The notes beneath the pieces are model-generated. The model ran no database searches and had not been told where the DNA came from. It was given only the letters and a program-made list of their open reading frames with translations. This document shows positions 1 through 9,760 of a DNA stretch of 64,000 bases, in pieces. The position numbers were made by a program, and so were the translations under genes. This DNA comes from Verrucomicrobiota bacterium (GTDB lineage: Bacteria; Verrucomicrobiota; Kiritimatiellia; Kiritimatiellales; Pontiellaceae), in contig JAJRRI010000035.1 of the NCBI GenBank assembly GCA_024279685.1, positions 3,081 through 67,080 on the forward strand, written 5' to 3'. Position 1 is the stretch's first letter. Each line of letters starts with the position of its first letter.

Positions 1-246
1 CACAGTCTTTTGCGCGACTTAGGGCGAGCGGAATATTCCCACGTCAATGACATCGAAGCGGTTGATGGTTTCGATAAACTCTCGCAATGGGAGGGAATCC
101 TTCCCGCACTTGAAAGCTCGCACGCGATTGCGTGGACGATTAAAAACGCGGAACAATTCTCCAAAGAAGATCTATTAATTGTTAATGTCTCCGGCCGCGG
201 CGATAAGGATGTTCAACAAATCGTTGAATGGAAGAAGGAGCAATAA
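1..246 (+). CDS. trpB: Tryptophan synthase beta chain, C-terminal fragment (gene starts before the window)
   Basis: Frame is open from base 1 (HSLLRDLGRAEY...). Contains EGILPALESSHA and the C-terminal VNVSGRGDKD motif typical of TrpB. Confidence 0.93.
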   Translation, partial: HSLLRDLGRAEYSHVNDIEAVDGFDKLSQWEGILPALESSHAIAWTIKNAEQFSKEDLLIVNVSGRGDKDVQQIVEWKKEQ

Positions 247-1127
247 TGGCCCTAAAAAGCATGACTGGATTTGGTGAGGGAACAGCCTCGGCCAACGGCA
301 TTCACGTGGCGGTTGAGATGAGTTCCGTCAACCGCAAGCAACTGGACGTGAATCTTACCCTGCCACGGAACCTGGTTGCACTCGACGCCCGAATTCAGAG
401 TCTTGTACGACAGGAGTTTTCGCGCGGCCGTATCTCGGGTGTCGTCCGAGTCGAGGCGACCGATGGCTCCACGGGGATCGTGAAGATTGATTCCAAACTA
501 GCCGCGCAATATGTCGATGGGATTCGTGCGGTTGCCCAAAAACTAAAGCTGACCGATGATCTGAGCGCGGCGACACTCGCCCGGCTGCCCGGTTTGGTTT
601 CGGTGGAACAAGATGATCTCGATGCGGATCACGTTGCTGTGGCTCTCGATGGGGCCATGGAAAAGGCGTTGCGCGGCCTCGCCAAAATGCGCGCCGCCGA
701 AGGGAAGGCGCTTGCGACGGATCTACGTGAGCGATTGGCCTTGCTCGAAGAGGGCATGAAGTCGATCCATACGTGCTCGGCGGGTGTGGTGGAAAGTTAT
801 CGCCAAAAACTGCTTCAACGCCTGGCAGAAGCGGGGTTGGAAAACCTTGCTGCGGATGAGCGCATCGTCAAGGAGATCGCTCTTTTTGCCGACCGCTGCG
901 ATATTAGCGAGGAGCTCACCCGCCTCAAGAGTCATTTGATGCAAGCGCGCAAACTATTGCGTTCGGCCGAACCCGTTGGCCGTACCCTCGACTTTCTATG
1001 TCAGGAACTATTTCGGGAAATTAATACGGTGGGTTCCAAGGCCAATGAAATCGAAATCACCCGTCACGTCGTAGCCTTTAAGACTGAACTCGAACGCATT
1101 CGTGAGCAGGTTCAAAATGTTGAATAA
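246..1127 (+). CDS. yicC: YicC/YloC family endoribonuclease
   Basis: N-terminal LKSMTGFG, SVNRKQLD, and C-terminal GRTLDFLCQELFREINTVGSK...EQVQNVE. ATG at 246 overlaps the trpB stop. Sits upstream of gmk as is usual. Confidence 0.93.
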   Translation: MALKSMTGFGEGTASANGIHVAVEMSSVNRKQLDVNLTLPRNLVALDARIQSLVRQEFSRGRISGVVRVEATDGSTGIVKIDSKLAAQYVDGIRAVAQKLKLTDDLSAATLARLPGLVSVEQDDLDADHVAVALDGAMEKALRGLAKMRAAEGKALATDLRERLALLEEGMKSIHTCSAGVVESYRQKLLQRLAEAGLENLAADERIVKEIALFADRCDISEELTRLKSHLMQARKLLRSAEPVGRTLDFLCQELFREINTVGSKANEIEITRHVVAFKTELERIREQVQNVE

Positions 1128-1147
1128 TTTAGATCGGAGATAATATC

Positions 1148-1792
1148 GTGGGATCCAACAACGAACTGATCGAAGAACCCCCATCCACACCGCGCTCATC
1201 GCGCCCGCTGATGATTGTCGTGTCCGCGCCATCCGGCGCGGGTAAGAGCACGTTATGCAATCGGCTGATCGATGAGTTTTCCAGAGTAAGCTACTCCGTT
1301 TCCTGCACCACACGCGCACCGCGAGGAGCAGAAAAAGATGGCGAGCATTATTATTTCCTCTCCAAGAAGGAATTTAAGGAGCGGATTAAAAATAATGAGT
1401 TTTTGGAGTATGCCAAGGTGCATGGAAATTTTTACGGTACGCTCGGAGATACCGTGCTTTATGCGATGGAGGAGGGAAAGCACGTGCTGCTCGATATCGA
1501 TGTTCAGGGCGTGAATCAACTTCGGAAATCACTCATTCATCTCGATTCGCGCAATCCAATCCGCCGTGGATTTACCGATATTTTTATTTCGCCGCCGTCG
1601 CATGAGGAGCTTGAAAAGCGTTTGCGCGGTCGTGGAACGGATGATGAGAAAGTCATCCAGCAGCGACTGGATAATGCCACGGCCGAAATGGCCTGCGCTA
1701 AAGAGTATTCCTTTCAAATCATCAACGACGATCTCGAAACCGCCTACGACGAACTCAAGAGGGTCATTCTTTCCAAAACCGAACGGGGGTGA
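1148..1792 (+). CDS. gmk: Guanylate kinase
   Basis: P-loop SAPSGAGKST, SCTTRAPR, EYAKVHGNFYGT, LDIDVQG. Confidence 0.96.
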   Translation: MGSNNELIEEPPSTPRSSRPLMIVVSAPSGAGKSTLCNRLIDEFSRVSYSVSCTTRAPRGAEKDGEHYYFLSKKEFKERIKNNEFLEYAKVHGNFYGTLGDTVLYAMEEGKHVLLDIDVQGVNQLRKSLIHLDSRNPIRRGFTDIFISPPSHEELEKRLRGRGTDDEKVIQQRLDNATAEMACAKEYSFQIINDDLETAYDELKRVILSKTERG

Positions 1793-1861
1793 GCGTAGAA
1801 TCCCTAAGCCTAAAGGTCTTCGGCAGATCTCTTTTTCTCTTCAATGAGTCGGGGGAAGGGT

Positions 1862-3313
1862 CTATTGGATTTTGAGGGCGAGCATGGTCATGTCGTCGTA
1901 TTGCCGAGTGCTTCCGGCGAAGGCGAGGACTTGTTCGCGGATCGTGTCGAGCAGGTCGTGGGCGGAGGCATCGGCCATACGTTCGACGGCTTGGATGAGA
2001 TTTTCAGTTCCCCATTCGGCCTGCTCGCTGTTAATGGCTTCGGTGATTCCGTCGGTGTAGGTGACGATCAGGTCGCCGGGGTGCAAGCTGATGCTTTTGG
2101 TTTCGATGGCCCTTGAAAAAATGTCGTGATCGACCAGTCCAATCACAATGCCCCCGCTTTCGGGTTGGCTCGCTTTGGGTTCTCCATTACGAATGATAAT
2201 CGGAGCCTCGTGACCGGCTCGTGCAAAGCTGAGCTGGTGAGGTTCAAGATTGAGTACCATGTAGAGCATACTGATGAACATGTCGTCGGCCAGGTTGCTG
2301 GCGAGGGTTTGGTTGAGCGAGCAGAGCATGGCAGCGGGGTCGTAAACATTGGGGGCGTTCACGCGCAGAACGCTGCGACAGACGGCCATCATCAGTGCGC
2401 CGCCCACGCCTTTTCCGCTGACATCGGCAATGGCGAGGCCGATGTGCTTGTCGTCGATCTCGATGCAGTCGTAGTAGTCGCCGCCGATCTCCATGGCGGG
2501 TAGATTGAAGGCGGCGAGTTCGATGGAGGGATAGAAGGGTAATTCCTTTGGGAGCAATGAGCTTTGAACCTGCTGGGCAATTTGCATATCGCGATCACGC
2601 TGCCGTTTGTCTTCGAGGGCTTCCTGGAGGCCTGCATAGTGGATCGGGACGGAGGCTTGTGCGGCGAGCGCCTGTGCGAGATTGAGATCAGGAAGGGCAA
2701 AGTGGCTGTCGTTGGTTCGGTTAACCAGGGTCATGATGCCGATGGTATGGTTGCCGAAGCGCATGGGTACCACGAGCATGGTGCGGATTTTTAAGAAATT
2801 TTGCGGGAGCTGGTAAACGCGCGCATCCATTTCTGCATCTTCGATAAGAATGGAGTTTCCGACTACAGCGGCTTCACCGATGAGTCCCTTGCCAAAAGGA
2901 ATTGGCATTTCTCGAATGATCCGTTCGAGTGTTTCGGCGGAAGTAGGAGAGAGATCCGGCACTCTAGATTTAGGCTCGAAGGGGGGCGGGAAGATCCCTG
3001 AAATTGCGCGCGCTTCGAGCTGTTCGGATGTGGAATCGACCATATGGATGGCCCCGGCGCCGGCCTTACAGGTGCGGACGGCATAGTGGAGTACGCGATC
3101 GAGCAGTGTATCCATGGCCACGCTTTCGGCATCGGCAAAAATTTCGCCGACATTTTGCACAAACCCGAGGGTGGCCTCCTTTTCTTGAAGCAGCACATCA
3201 CGTTCTTTTCTTAGCTGGCCGCGGCGTCGACGGCAGGAGAGAAAAAAGAGGATAACGAGGGCCGGGATGAAGAGCTTGAAGAAGAGGATTAACCCATGTG
3301 GAACTCCATGCAT
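1862..3313 (-). CDS. Membrane-anchored GAF domain plus PP2C (SpoIIE/RsbU family) serine phosphatase
   Basis: N-terminal hydrophobic helix, GAF region (GKGLIGEAA..LVVPMRFG), PP2C motifs IGGDYYD, IADVSGKG, YTDGITEA, DDMTMLAL. Confidence 0.9.
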   Translation of the reverse strand: MHGVPHGLILFFKLFIPALVILFFLSCRRRRGQLRKERDVLLQEKEATLGFVQNVGEIFADAESVAMDTLLDRVLHYAVRTCKAGAGAIHMVDSTSEQLEARAISGIFPPPFEPKSRVPDLSPTSAETLERIIREMPIPFGKGLIGEAAVVGNSILIEDAEMDARVYQLPQNFLKIRTMLVVPMRFGNHTIGIMTLVNRTNDSHFALPDLNLAQALAAQASVPIHYAGLQEALEDKRQRDRDMQIAQQVQSSLLPKELPFYPSIELAAFNLPAMEIGGDYYDCIEIDDKHIGLAIADVSGKGVGGALMMAVCRSVLRVNAPNVYDPAAMLCSLNQTLASNLADDMFISMLYMVLNLEPHQLSFARAGHEAPIIIRNGEPKASQPESGGIVIGLVDHDIFSRAIETKSISLHPGDLIVTYTDGITEAINSEQAEWGTENLIQAVERMADASAHDLLDTIREQVLAFAGSTRQYDDMTMLALKIQ

Positions 3314-3319
3314 GGGAAC

Positions 3320-3859
3320 CTACTGTGGGCCGAGGGTGCGGACGTCATTTTGAAGGAGTTCGAGAACCGACTTAAATTTGTCGTAATTTTCGGGATTGAT
3401 ATCGGCGAGGGTTTTATGGGCTTCGAGGGTCGTTTTTGCCGCATCAAGTTTGTCTGAAAAGTCGGATTCCAGAGTTTGGCGCTCTCCTTCTTGGCCCTCG
3501 ACTAATTTTTGTTCCTCGCCGGTGCTGGAGAGGGAATAGTCCACCACCCGATCGACGCCTAGCGTGATGAGTAGTTTTTGATTTTTATTCGATAGATTGA
3601 TGAGCTTGAATGTGATGTCGGGCTTGTCCTTAACGTGGTAGGCGAGCCCTGCCAGAACACCCATGAAGGTGCTGTCCATACCGATGCAGTCCGACATATC
3701 AATCAGGATGCGGTGAGCCGAATTGGACTGGATTACCTGATGAATAAACTGCTTCATGGACGGGCTAATTTTGAACGAACCGCGCCCTTCGATCCGGATC
3801 ACAGCGGTCTGGTCGATAAATGCCGCCGTCAGATTATCCTGGTGGTTGGCTGAAGCCAT
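3320..3859 (-). CDS. STAS-domain anti-sigma factor antagonist
   Basis: IRIEGRG, ILIDMSDCIGMDSTFMGVL with the phosphorylatable DS motif. Directly upstream of the PP2C gene. Confidence 0.85.
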   Translation of the reverse strand: MASANHQDNLTAAFIDQTAVIRIEGRGSFKISPSMKQFIHQVIQSNSAHRILIDMSDCIGMDSTFMGVLAGLAYHVKDKPDITFKLINLSNKNQKLLITLGVDRVVDYSLSSTGEEQKLVEGQEGERQTLESDFSDKLDAAKTTLEAHKTLADINPENYDKFKSVLELLQNDVRTLGPQ

Positions 3860-3999
3860 ACGTTCTGAATCCTCTACTTACTTGAACTACGAGAATACTA
3901 GCACCGCCGCATTTGAGTTCAACGTGAATAGTTGGGAAAAACCGAAACGAACCCTTTGAGAGCGAGCGTGTAAATAAGGACAGCACCTCCGGATTTTGT

Positions 4000-4677
4000 T
4001 CAGGAGGCGGGCTGTACGATCACGACGCACTCGCCTTTGACGTTCCGCCCCTCGTAGGAGTCCCGAATTTCGGCGGGCGTTCCGGCGGTCAGTTCCTCGA
4101 ACTTCTTGGTCAGTTCCCGCCCGGTAAATACCATGCGGTCAGCGCCCAGATGCTCTTCAATCTCGCCGAGTAGTTTGATGAAACGGTAGGGGGATTCGTA
4201 GAAGACCACCGGCAGATCGGCCTCCGCCCACTTGAGTAGGTCGCGTTTGCGGCCCCCGCTCTTATGCGGCAGAAAGCCGGCAAAGATAAATCCCTTCTCG
4301 CCAAAGCCGCTGAGTGCGATGGCGGTGGTGACAGCGGCTGGGCCGGGGATGGATGTGATCATCACCTCGGCTTTGCGACAAAGCGCGACCACCCGCGCAC
4401 CGGGGTCGGAGATGCCCGGCATGCCCGAATCGGTTACCATAGCAACGGCCTCTCCATTTTGAATTCGCTCAATAATTTGTTCGGACCGCTGCACCTCGTT
4501 AAATTTATGACAGCTCATCAGGCGCGTGGTAATTTCGTAGCGACCGGTCAGCCGCCGCGTATGGCGGGTATCCTCCGCTACAATCAGATCGGCTTCCTTT
4601 AGCGTTTCCAGTGCGCGGATCGAGAGGTCGCCCAAATTCCCGATCGGTGTGCCTACAATGTAAAGTCCTGCATCCAT
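4000..4677 (-). CDS. rsmI: 16S rRNA (cytidine1402-2'-O)-methyltransferase
   Basis: LYIVGTPIGNLGD, AEDTRHT, DSGMPGISDPG, FYESPYR, RELTKKFEE, KGECV. Confidence 0.96.
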   Translation of the reverse strand: MDAGLYIVGTPIGNLGDLSIRALETLKEADLIVAEDTRHTRRLTGRYEITTRLMSCHKFNEVQRSEQIIERIQNGEAVAMVTDSGMPGISDPGARVVALCRKAEVMITSIPGPAAVTTAIALSGFGEKGFIFAGFLPHKSGGRKRDLLKWAEADLPVVFYESPYRFIKLLGEIEEHLGADRMVFTGRELTKKFEELTAGTPAEIRDSYEGRNVKGECVVIVQPAS

Positions 4678-4902
4678 AAGACACAGAATAGAGAAAAACC
4701 TGCCGCCGTAAAAGGAGCGAGGGAACTTTCTTTGGATGAACTCGATTTCGCGTTAAAAAAGAAATTAGCTTTAATCCGTTTGGATAATAAGCAATTCCTT
4801 CAGATTACGGCGTAGCGCACCCTTTTTAATCGGCCTGAATCGGTAGGCGGGTTCACGAATTTGAGTTTAGGCGAGTTGGAAAGGTTAAATAAAAGTGACC
4901 CT

Positions 4903-4976
4903 GTAGCTCGAAATTCTGTTTCGAGTTTTGCACGCGCACCGTTCCTCCGAAAATACGAAACAGAATTTCGCGCTAC
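4903..4976. repeat. Inverted repeat doublet, REP/REPIN-like (GTAG family)
   Basis: GTAGCT-CGAAATTCTGTTTCG at 4903-4923 and its reverse complement CGAAACAGAATTTCG-CGCTAC at 4956-4976. The 15-bp core is perfect and each arm is itself a CGAAA/TTTCG hairpin preceded by GTAG. Confidence 0.7.
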
Positions 4977-5053
4977 GTCGAGATCTCTGCGCCCAAGAGC
5001 TGCGTTTTACTTAATTTTAGATCCGGAATATTGGATATGTTGAAGATCTGATT

Positions 5054-6106
5054 TTAGCGCAGGATTTCGTTGATCTTTTCGAGTTGCGCGGAGCCGGGGC
5101 AGAGCTCTTTTTCGGTGAGGTTCCGTAGCGGGGTGGCGGTGGTATTCATGGTTTCGTGGATTTCCTGATAGTCTTCTTCGACGAAGAGCAATCCGGTGAG
5201 AACCTTACCTTCGGCCTTGTAGTCTTTCATCAGAGTGAGGGCGGAGCGACGGCTGTGGATGTCGTGTTTTTCATCGAGCTTCTGGAGATGGATGGCGGAG
5301 CCGTCGTGCATGGTGACGATTTCGGCGGTTCCGGGGGCATAGTCGGTCGTGATCTCTTCTTCGTGTGGCACGTAATCGACGGCGTTGGCGGAGGCCATAT
5401 GCTGGCGGATATAGTCGTAGGATTTGGTGGAGTTGGGGGTGTTGTTGAAGGTGACACAGGGCGAAATGACATTGATGAAGGCAAAGCCTTTGTGGGCAAT
5501 GGCGGCTTGAATGATCGGAACGAGTTGAGCCTTGTCGCCGGAGAAGCTGTTGGCCACAAACGTGGCTCCGAGTTGGAGTGCGATGGAGCAGAGATCGATC
5601 GGTTCGAGGGGGTTGGGTTCTCCCTTTTTGCTGATGGAGCCCATATCGGAGGTGGCAGAGTCTTGCCCTTTGGTCAGGCCGTACACCCCGTTGTTTTCGC
5701 AGATATAGATCATGTTGACGTTGCGGCGGACGGCGTGGACAAACTGACCCATGCCGATGGAGGCGGTGTCGCCATCGCCGGAGACACCGATGTAGAGCAG
5801 GTTTCGATTGGCCATATTGGCCCCGGTGGCGACGGCGGGCATACGGCCGTGTACCGAATTGAAGCCGTGGGAGTTTCCGAGAAAATAGGTTGGGGTTTTT
5901 GATGAGCAACCGATGCCGGAAAGTTTGGCGACGCGGTGGGGCGGGATCGACATTTCGAAGCAGGCCTCGATGATGGAGGCGCTGATGGAGTCGTGCCCGC
6001 ATCCGGCGCACAGAGTGGAGACGCGGCCTTCATAGTCCTTCGTCGTGAAGCCGAGGTCGTTCTTCGGTAGGTTGGGGTGGCGGAAGCCTGGGACGGTATA
6101 GCTCAT
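5054..6106 (-). CDS. 2-oxoacid:ferredoxin oxidoreductase beta subunit
   Basis: LCAGCGH, SGIGCSS, HGRMPAVATG, TPP-binding GDGD...NNGVYGLTKGQ, SPCVTFN. Confidence 0.93.
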   Translation of the reverse strand: MSYTVPGFRHPNLPKNDLGFTTKDYEGRVSTLCAGCGHDSISASIIEACFEMSIPPHRVAKLSGIGCSSKTPTYFLGNSHGFNSVHGRMPAVATGANMANRNLLYIGVSGDGDTASIGMGQFVHAVRRNVNMIYICENNGVYGLTKGQDSATSDMGSISKKGEPNPLEPIDLCSIALQLGATFVANSFSGDKAQLVPIIQAAIAHKGFAFINVISPCVTFNNTPNSTKSYDYIRQHMASANAVDYVPHEEEITTDYAPGTAEIVTMHDGSAIHLQKLDEKHDIHSRRSALTLMKDYKAEGKVLTGLLFVEEDYQEIHETMNTTATPLRNLTEKELCPGSAQLEKINEILR

Positions 6107-6119
6107 GGTGGAGACCTCT

Positions 6120-7970
6120 CTATTTTCTGCTGCTACGGCGCGTGCGCGGTGCGGTGGCGGTTTGCAGGATGTTATCGCGGATAATGTGGCGGATGAAGCG
6201 GGCGGTGATGGGGCTGCCGTCGTAGTGGAGCAGGGAGATCAGCTTGTGTGGGGTGAATTCGAATTCATTGATGAGTAGCGTGCGCATTTGTGCATCACGG
6301 TTTTGTTCGACCACAAAGACGTATTCGTGCTGCTCGATGAAGTCTTCGATCTCATTAGAGAAAGGGAAGGCCTTGATGCCGAGACTATCGAGCGAAATGC
6401 TGTGAAGCCGGTCGAGGTGGTGTAGGGCTTCGAGGGTAGAGGCTTCGCTGGTGCCATAGTAGATTACACCCACATTGCACGGTTTGTCGGTGGTGCGGAC
6501 ATCCGGCTTGGGCACATTGTGCCGGGCGGTTTCCCACTTCTTTTGCAATCGTTCCATGTTCTCGACATATTTTGATCCATCTTCGGTGTAGACCGCATAT
6601 TCGTCCTTGGAAGTGCCACGGGTAAAGTAGGCGCCTTTGGTGGGGTGGGTGCCGGGGAGGGTGCGGTAAGGAATGCCGTCCCCATCTGAGTCGAGGTAGC
6701 GGCCAAAGCGTTCGTCCATGGCTTCGAGGTCATCGGCGGTGAAGACCTTGCCACGGTCATAGGTACGTTCATCGTCCCATTCCAGTGGATCAGACATGTG
6801 CTCGTTCATGCCGAGATCAAGGTCGGACAATACCAGGACCGGCGTTTGGAAGCGTTCGGCTAAGTCGAGGGCTGTGGCGGTATGTTCAAAGCATTCCTTC
6901 GGGGTGGAGGGATAGAGGCAGATGTGCTTGGTATCGCCGTGCGAGGCATAGGCGCTATAGAGAACATCCGATTGTTGCGTCCGGGTTGGCATTCCAGTCG
7001 AAGGTCCCGAGCGCTGGATATTAATGAGTACCGTGGGGATTTCGGCAAAGTAGGCCAGCCCTAAAAATTCGTTCATTAGCGAAAGTCCTGGCCCGCTGGT
7101 GGCGGTGAAGGCGCGTGCGCCATTCCATGAGGCGCCGATCACCATACCAATCGCGGCCAGCTCATCCTCGGCTTGAACGATGGCAAAGTTTTTTTCGCCG
7201 GTTTCGGGGTCGATCCGTAGCTTCCGGCAATATTTGGCAAAGCTATCGATCACCGAGGTGGAGGGCGTGATGGGATACCAGCCGGCGACGGTGGCACCGC
7301 CGTAGACGGCGCCGAGTCCGCAGGCGGCGTTGCCGTCCATTAGAATTTTATTACCGACCTTATCGCGCCGTGAAAGGCGGAAGGCGATGGGGCATTCGTG
7401 GAGTTTTTTGGCGGCGTCGTAGCCCATTTGAAGAGCCTTAACATTTGGCGCAACCAACTTTTCTTTTCCTTTGAATTGCTCGCTGATCAATCCCTTGAGT
7501 ACGTCGAGTTCGATATCCAGGAGTGCGGCCAGCGCGCCGACATACATGACGTTACGGAAGAGCTGGCGATGACGTGGATCGGTGTAGGCTTCGCGGCAGT
7601 GTTCCATGAAGGGGATGCCGATAAAGTCGATATCGTTGCGGAGCAATTTTTTATCGATCGGCTTACTACTATCATAAATAAAGTAGCCGCCTCTTTGCAG
7701 CTCAGTAATGTCGCGCTCCATGCTCTGCGGGTTCATACAGACCATGATGTCGATTCCGCCGCGCCGTCCGAGAAATCCGTTGTCGTTGACGCGAACTTCG
7801 TACCACGTGGGCAATCCTTGGATGTTGGAGGGGAAGATATTTTTGGGGCTGATCGGGATGCCCATGCGGAAGATGGACTTCGAGAATAGGCTATTGGCAC
7901 TCGCGGATCCCGTTCCGTTAATGTTAGCGAATTTGATTACAAATTTATTGGTTTTAATATCACGCTTCAT
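6120..7970 (-). CDS. 2-oxoacid:ferredoxin oxidoreductase alpha subunit (gamma-alpha fusion)
   Basis: NINGTGSASAN gamma domain, WYPITPST, QAEDELAAIG, TATSGPGLSLM, QRSGPSTGMPT. Confidence 0.93.
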   Translation of the reverse strand: MKRDIKTNKFVIKFANINGTGSASANSLFSKSIFRMGIPISPKNIFPSNIQGLPTWYEVRVNDNGFLGRRGGIDIMVCMNPQSMERDITELQRGGYFIYDSSKPIDKKLLRNDIDFIGIPFMEHCREAYTDPRHRQLFRNVMYVGALAALLDIELDVLKGLISEQFKGKEKLVAPNVKALQMGYDAAKKLHECPIAFRLSRRDKVGNKILMDGNAACGLGAVYGGATVAGWYPITPSTSVIDSFAKYCRKLRIDPETGEKNFAIVQAEDELAAIGMVIGASWNGARAFTATSGPGLSLMNEFLGLAYFAEIPTVLINIQRSGPSTGMPTRTQQSDVLYSAYASHGDTKHICLYPSTPKECFEHTATALDLAERFQTPVLVLSDLDLGMNEHMSDPLEWDDERTYDRGKVFTADDLEAMDERFGRYLDSDGDGIPYRTLPGTHPTKGAYFTRGTSKDEYAVYTEDGSKYVENMERLQKKWETARHNVPKPDVRTTDKPCNVGVIYYGTSEASTLEALHHLDRLHSISLDSLGIKAFPFSNEIEDFIEQHEYVFVVEQNRDAQMRTLLINEFEFTPHKLISLLHYDGSPITARFIRHIIRDNILQTATAPRTRRSSRK

Positions 7971-7975
7971 ACCGA

Positions 7976-9760
7976 TTATCCTGCCTTGGTGGTTCTATAT
8001 TCAAATTTTTTCATATCCCATGCGGCGGTCGGACACCGTTCGGCACAGAGGCCACAGTGTAAACAGACATCTTCGTCCTTAACCATCACCCGGCCGGTCG
8101 GCAGGTCGGTCGAAACAAAGATATCCTGCAACAGATTGTTGGCGGGCATGGTTAGTTTCCTGCGCAAGGCCGCCTCCTCATCGTTGGTGGAAAAGGTCAG
8201 GCAATCGACGGGGCAGATATCGACGCAGGCATCGCACTCAATACATTTATCGGTCGTGAATACGGTCTGAACATCGCAGTTAAGACAGCGTTTTGCTTCC
8301 TCAAGAGCGGTCTCTAAATCAAACCCAAGTTCGACTTCCATGGTGCGGTTTTTTATCGAGGTAGCGAGGTCCGCGTGCGGCACGAGATAACGTTGGTCTT
8401 CGCTGATGACGCTACTATAGCTCCAATCGTGAATGCTCATTTTTTGACTCACCAGAATGGTTCCGGGAGCCGGGCGATCGTGAAGGTCTTTCTCATTAAA
8501 CATCATGTCGATCGAGAGGGCGGCTTGATGGCCTTGCGCCACGGCGGTAATGATATTCTGCGGGCCGAATGCGGCATCGCCCCCGAAAAAGACTTTGGGG
8601 TTGGTCGATTGGTGAGTCACCTCATCCACTTCCGCCAAGCCCGAATCTTTGAATTCGATGCCCATATCGCGCTCAATCCACGGGAAGGCGTTGGACTGAC
8701 CAATCGCCAAGAGCACCAGTTCGCAATCCGGCACTTCATTCTTTCCCGTGGGAGTGAAGACCTCTTTGCCATCGGCATCGATGGAATATTCAATGATCTC
8801 AAATTTCATTCCAACGAGTTTTCCATCCTGAACCACATAGTCGACCGGATTGTGGTTTTCGAGAATAGGAATATGTTCCGCCTGTGCATCTTCAATTTCC
8901 CATTCGGAGGCTAACATCGCTTGAATAGGGGTGCGGATCAGAATTCTGACGTTGCTCGCGCCGAGTCGAAGTGCGGTGCGGCAGCAGTCCATCGCCGTGT
9001 TTCCGCCCCCGAGTACAATGACATCCTTCGGGCATTCGGTATAGTGTCCAAACGAAACATCGGCCAACCACTCAACGCCTACGCGGATATTATTCCCTTC
9101 ATCGTTCGCGTAGCTGGGGAGTTTTAGATTACGCCCCGTCGGGGCTCCAGAGCCGATAAACACAGCGTCGTATCCTTGCTCAAGCAAGGCCTTAAGGCTG
9201 TCGACGCGCGTGTTAAAGAACGTGCCTACGCCCATGTCGAGAATGTATCCCGTCTCCTCGTCGATCACCTCACCCGGCAGGCGAAAGGAAGGGATTTGCG
9301 TGCGCATGAATCCGCCCGCCTTGAGGTTGGTTTCATAGAGGTCGACTTCATAGCCCAGTGGCATGAGATCGCGCGCCACGGTGAGTGACGAAGGACCCGC
9401 TCCGATTAGAGCCACACGATGGCCATTTTTTTGTTTCGGAATTTCGGGGAGGCGATCCTTGATTTCAGATTTATTGTCGGCACAAACCCGTTTTAGGCGA
9501 CAGATGGCCACGGGCTTGTCTTCTACGCGACCTCGCCGGCAGGCGGGTTCGCAGGGACGGTCGCACGTACGACCTAGAATACCCGGGAAAACATTGGATT
9601 CCCAGTTGATCATATAGGCATCGGTGTAACGGCCGGCGGCAATCAGCCGGATGTATTCCGGAACCGGAGTGTGTGAAGGGCACGCAAACTGGCAGTCGAC
9701 GACCTTGTGATAGTATTCCGGGTTGTTTACATCGGTTGGTTTCACGCTATTTTTCTCCAC
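7976..9760 (-). CDS. GltD-like FAD/NAD(P)H oxidoreductase with C-terminal 2x[4Fe-4S] ferredoxin domain
   Basis: CQFACP..GRTCDRPCEPACRR FeS region, IGAGPSS and GGGNTAMD nucleotide-binding motifs, CIECDACVDICP and CLHCGLCAERCP. Confidence 0.9.
   Translation of the reverse strand: MEKNSVKPTDVNNPEYYHKVVDCQFACPSHTPVPEYIRLIAAGRYTDAYMINWESNVFPGILGRTCDRPCEPACRRGRVEDKPVAICRLKRVCADNKSEIKDRLPEIPKQKNGHRVALIGAGPSSLTVARDLMPLGYEVDLYETNLKAGGFMRTQIPSFRLPGEVIDEETGYILDMGVGTFFNTRVDSLKALLEQGYDAVFIGSGAPTGRNLKLPSYANDEGNNIRVGVEWLADVSFGHYTECPKDVIVLGGGNTAMDCCRTALRLGASNVRILIRTPIQAMLASEWEIEDAQAEHIPILENHNPVDYVVQDGKLVGMKFEIIEYSIDADGKEVFTPTGKNEVPDCELVLLAIGQSNAFPWIERDMGIEFKDSGLAEVDEVTHQSTNPKVFFGGDAAFGPQNIITAVAQGHQAALSIDMMFNEKDLHDRPAPGTILVSQKMSIHDWSYSSVISEDQRYLVPHADLATSIKNRTMEVELGFDLETALEEAKRCLNCDVQTVFTTDKCIECDACVDICPVDCLTFSTNDEEAALRRKLTMPANNLLQDIFVSTDLPTGRVMVKDEDVCLHCGLCAERCPTAAWDMKKFEYRTTKAG

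Noticed and set aside
4861-5043. 60-aa ORF spanning the inverted repeat
   Set aside because: No RBS or recognisable domain. Better explained as a chance ORF across the REP-like element.
5156-6033. Long alternative ORFs (248 aa plus strand, 246 aa minus strand and others) overlapping the OFOR beta gene
   Set aside because: Shadow ORFs of a GC3-rich gene. They have no motifs and their composition mirrors the real frame.
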